A stretch of 64,000 nucleotides of DNA from NCBI GenBank assembly GCA_016748015.1, contig JAAOMT010000602.1, forward strand, positions 943,696 through 1,007,695, in the 5' to 3' direction. A program made the position numbers and the translations under genes. The stretch comes from Geosiphon pyriformis uo1 (Eukaryota; Fungi; Glomeromycota). This document shows, in pieces, positions 62,611 through 64,000 of this stretch; positions within the stretch are counted from its first letter, which is position 1, and the number at the start of each line of letters is the position of its first letter. The notes beneath the pieces were generated by a model. It saw only the letters and a program-made list of their open reading frames with translations. It had not been told where the DNA came from and did not search any database.

Positions 62611-63146
62611 TTCAAACTTTGTAATACTGTATTTGGTTTTATATTATATAAAATTTAATAAAATTTTATTTTTTATTATAAATAATATATTAAAAACACA
62701 TGTATATTAACCAATAAAATTTAATTATATAAATAAAAACATGTAAAAATCATCATTTAAAATTTTGGACTAATCTATATTTTTGATAATTATAAATAGT
62801 TTGCACTATAGTACATATATTGTGTTATTTTATTAAATTGTGTATCAGTTCTAAGAATAATTTTTTAGTTGGAATTGTGAAAATTTTTTTATTTTGTGAC
62901 TTGTTTTTTTTTGCAGCTCTGCTAAGTGTTTTTTATTTTTTTAATGGAATCCCAATGTCTGAGATTCCTGGATGCAATGGTTTCTTTGAAATGGCTTATT
63001 TTCTAAAATGCTATAGTATTGGTTTTGTGGAACAACTGTTAAACAAGAGTGGTAAATGTTTTAAATACTGAAAATATCTAGATTCACAAGGTTTTGTCTC
63101 TGCTTAATTTAGCTTGGCTGTCTGTTTTTTAAGTAACAAGCTATCT

Positions 63147-63808
63147 AACTTTTTCCCAGAAATTGCTTATTTAGAAGCTTATTAAAAATGTGTAGTTACT
63201 TTTGCTGTAAAAATCAATTCTTCTACAGGAATTTCATCTCTAAGCTATCCTAATAATTATACTATGAAAAGTAAAAAAAAATAAAAAAAATGTAAAAAAA
63301 ATAGAATTTTGTCAAGAAAATCGTTTTCTATTCAGATCTGGAGTTGCTAACAGATTACTAAAATTGGTAGCTAATCAATTTCAAAACATTAGTTGAAGTT
63401 TGGGAAATTATCAAGTATAATAATCAACAATTAGATTTTCAAATTTTTATTTTTATTGATTTGTAAAAATGTGTAAGGAATAATTGATTCTAATTAAGAT
63501 ATCTAAAAATAAGATATATTTTCTTGAAGAGAGAAGCTTTTCTTTTATACAACTTGTTGTAGTACTAGTCTTTAAACTTGTACTTTTTTCTTTGCTATAA
63601 TTTCAGCAAACTTAAGATACATTTCAGTAAACTACAAGTTATTTTTATAAATTATTAATTATTTCGGCCAATTTCTACCAATTTTGGCGAATTTTAAATA
63701 TTAAATAGTTTAGAATATTGTGTAATTTAATCATCTTAATTTCTATAATACAATTGGATTATTAATTGAATAATGATATTTGATAATTTGATTAACTAAT
63801 AAGTAATA
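63147..63808 (-). repeat. Family B LTR, 3'-truncated
   Basis: Reverse complement aligns over ~660 bp with 1226-1895. Confidence 0.75.
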
Positions 63809-64000
63809 ATTGAAATAATAATAATATATACTAATTAATGCTAGGAATTAAAAGGGTAATTTCATGCTAATTAATAGCTAAAATTTTACTGGTAACAACA
63901 CCTTATAGTATCATATATAGTCTTAACAAAATGTCAAATATTGCCAAAAATTACCAAATTATTAGCCAGTAAGAATTTTTTCCGAATATTTATTGGGAAA

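Larger units (their letters stand above)
57140..62808 (+). mobile_element. IS630/Tc1-mariner-type DNA transposon with ~27-bp TIRs, TA TSD, transposase and cargo gene
   Basis: TA|TAGTGCAAACTATTTATAGTCATCAAA at the left end and TTTGATAATTATAAATAGTTTGCACTA|TA at the right end; it interrupts a LINE cleanly. Confidence 0.93.
52241..63146 (+). mobile_element. Older LINE (52241-57139 plus 62809-63146), split by a DNA transposon and truncated by an LTR fragment
   Basis: ORF1/ORF2 motifs as in the other LINEs. Removing 57140-62808 and one TA restores the frame S*LLVHILCYFIKLCISSKNNFLVG. Confidence 0.88.

Overview
AT-rich eukaryotic (fungal) genomic DNA. The repeat families and short GT-AG introns look like Glomeromycota, possibly Geosiphon; this is an inference and was not searched. 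About 85% of the window is nested, decayed transposons riddled with C>T/G>A transitions: Ty3/Gypsy LTR elements and solo LTRs (1-20.6 kb, 57.8 kb, 63 kb), APE-RT-RNaseH LINEs (2.2, 20.6, 27.5, 45.3 and 52.2 kb), and one TA-targeting Tc1/IS630-type DNA transposon (57.1-62.8 kb). A single CpG-intact gene island (~33.2-42.8 kb) holds two head-to-head host genes, a NUP155/NUP170 nucleoporin (-) and JJJ1/DNAJC21 (+). The main discoveries are largely invisible in the ORF track. (1) The DNA transposon carries, back-to-back with its transposase, an intron-containing cargo gene for a bromodomain + BAH (RSC1/2-polybromo-like) chromatin reader. (2) A GC-rich, unmutated fragment encoding the C-terminal zinc finger/RuvC-III end of a Fanzor (TnpB-like) nuclease sits in the bidirectional promoter. 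(3) An ORF1-only 'half-LINE' carries the LINE 3' tail and a TSD. (4) The Gypsy elements have a Cys-rich domain plus dUTPase inside pol and a conserved extra ORF after integrase. Translations of decayed elements were done by eye across stops and frameshifts, so boundaries of the oldest elements are approximate.
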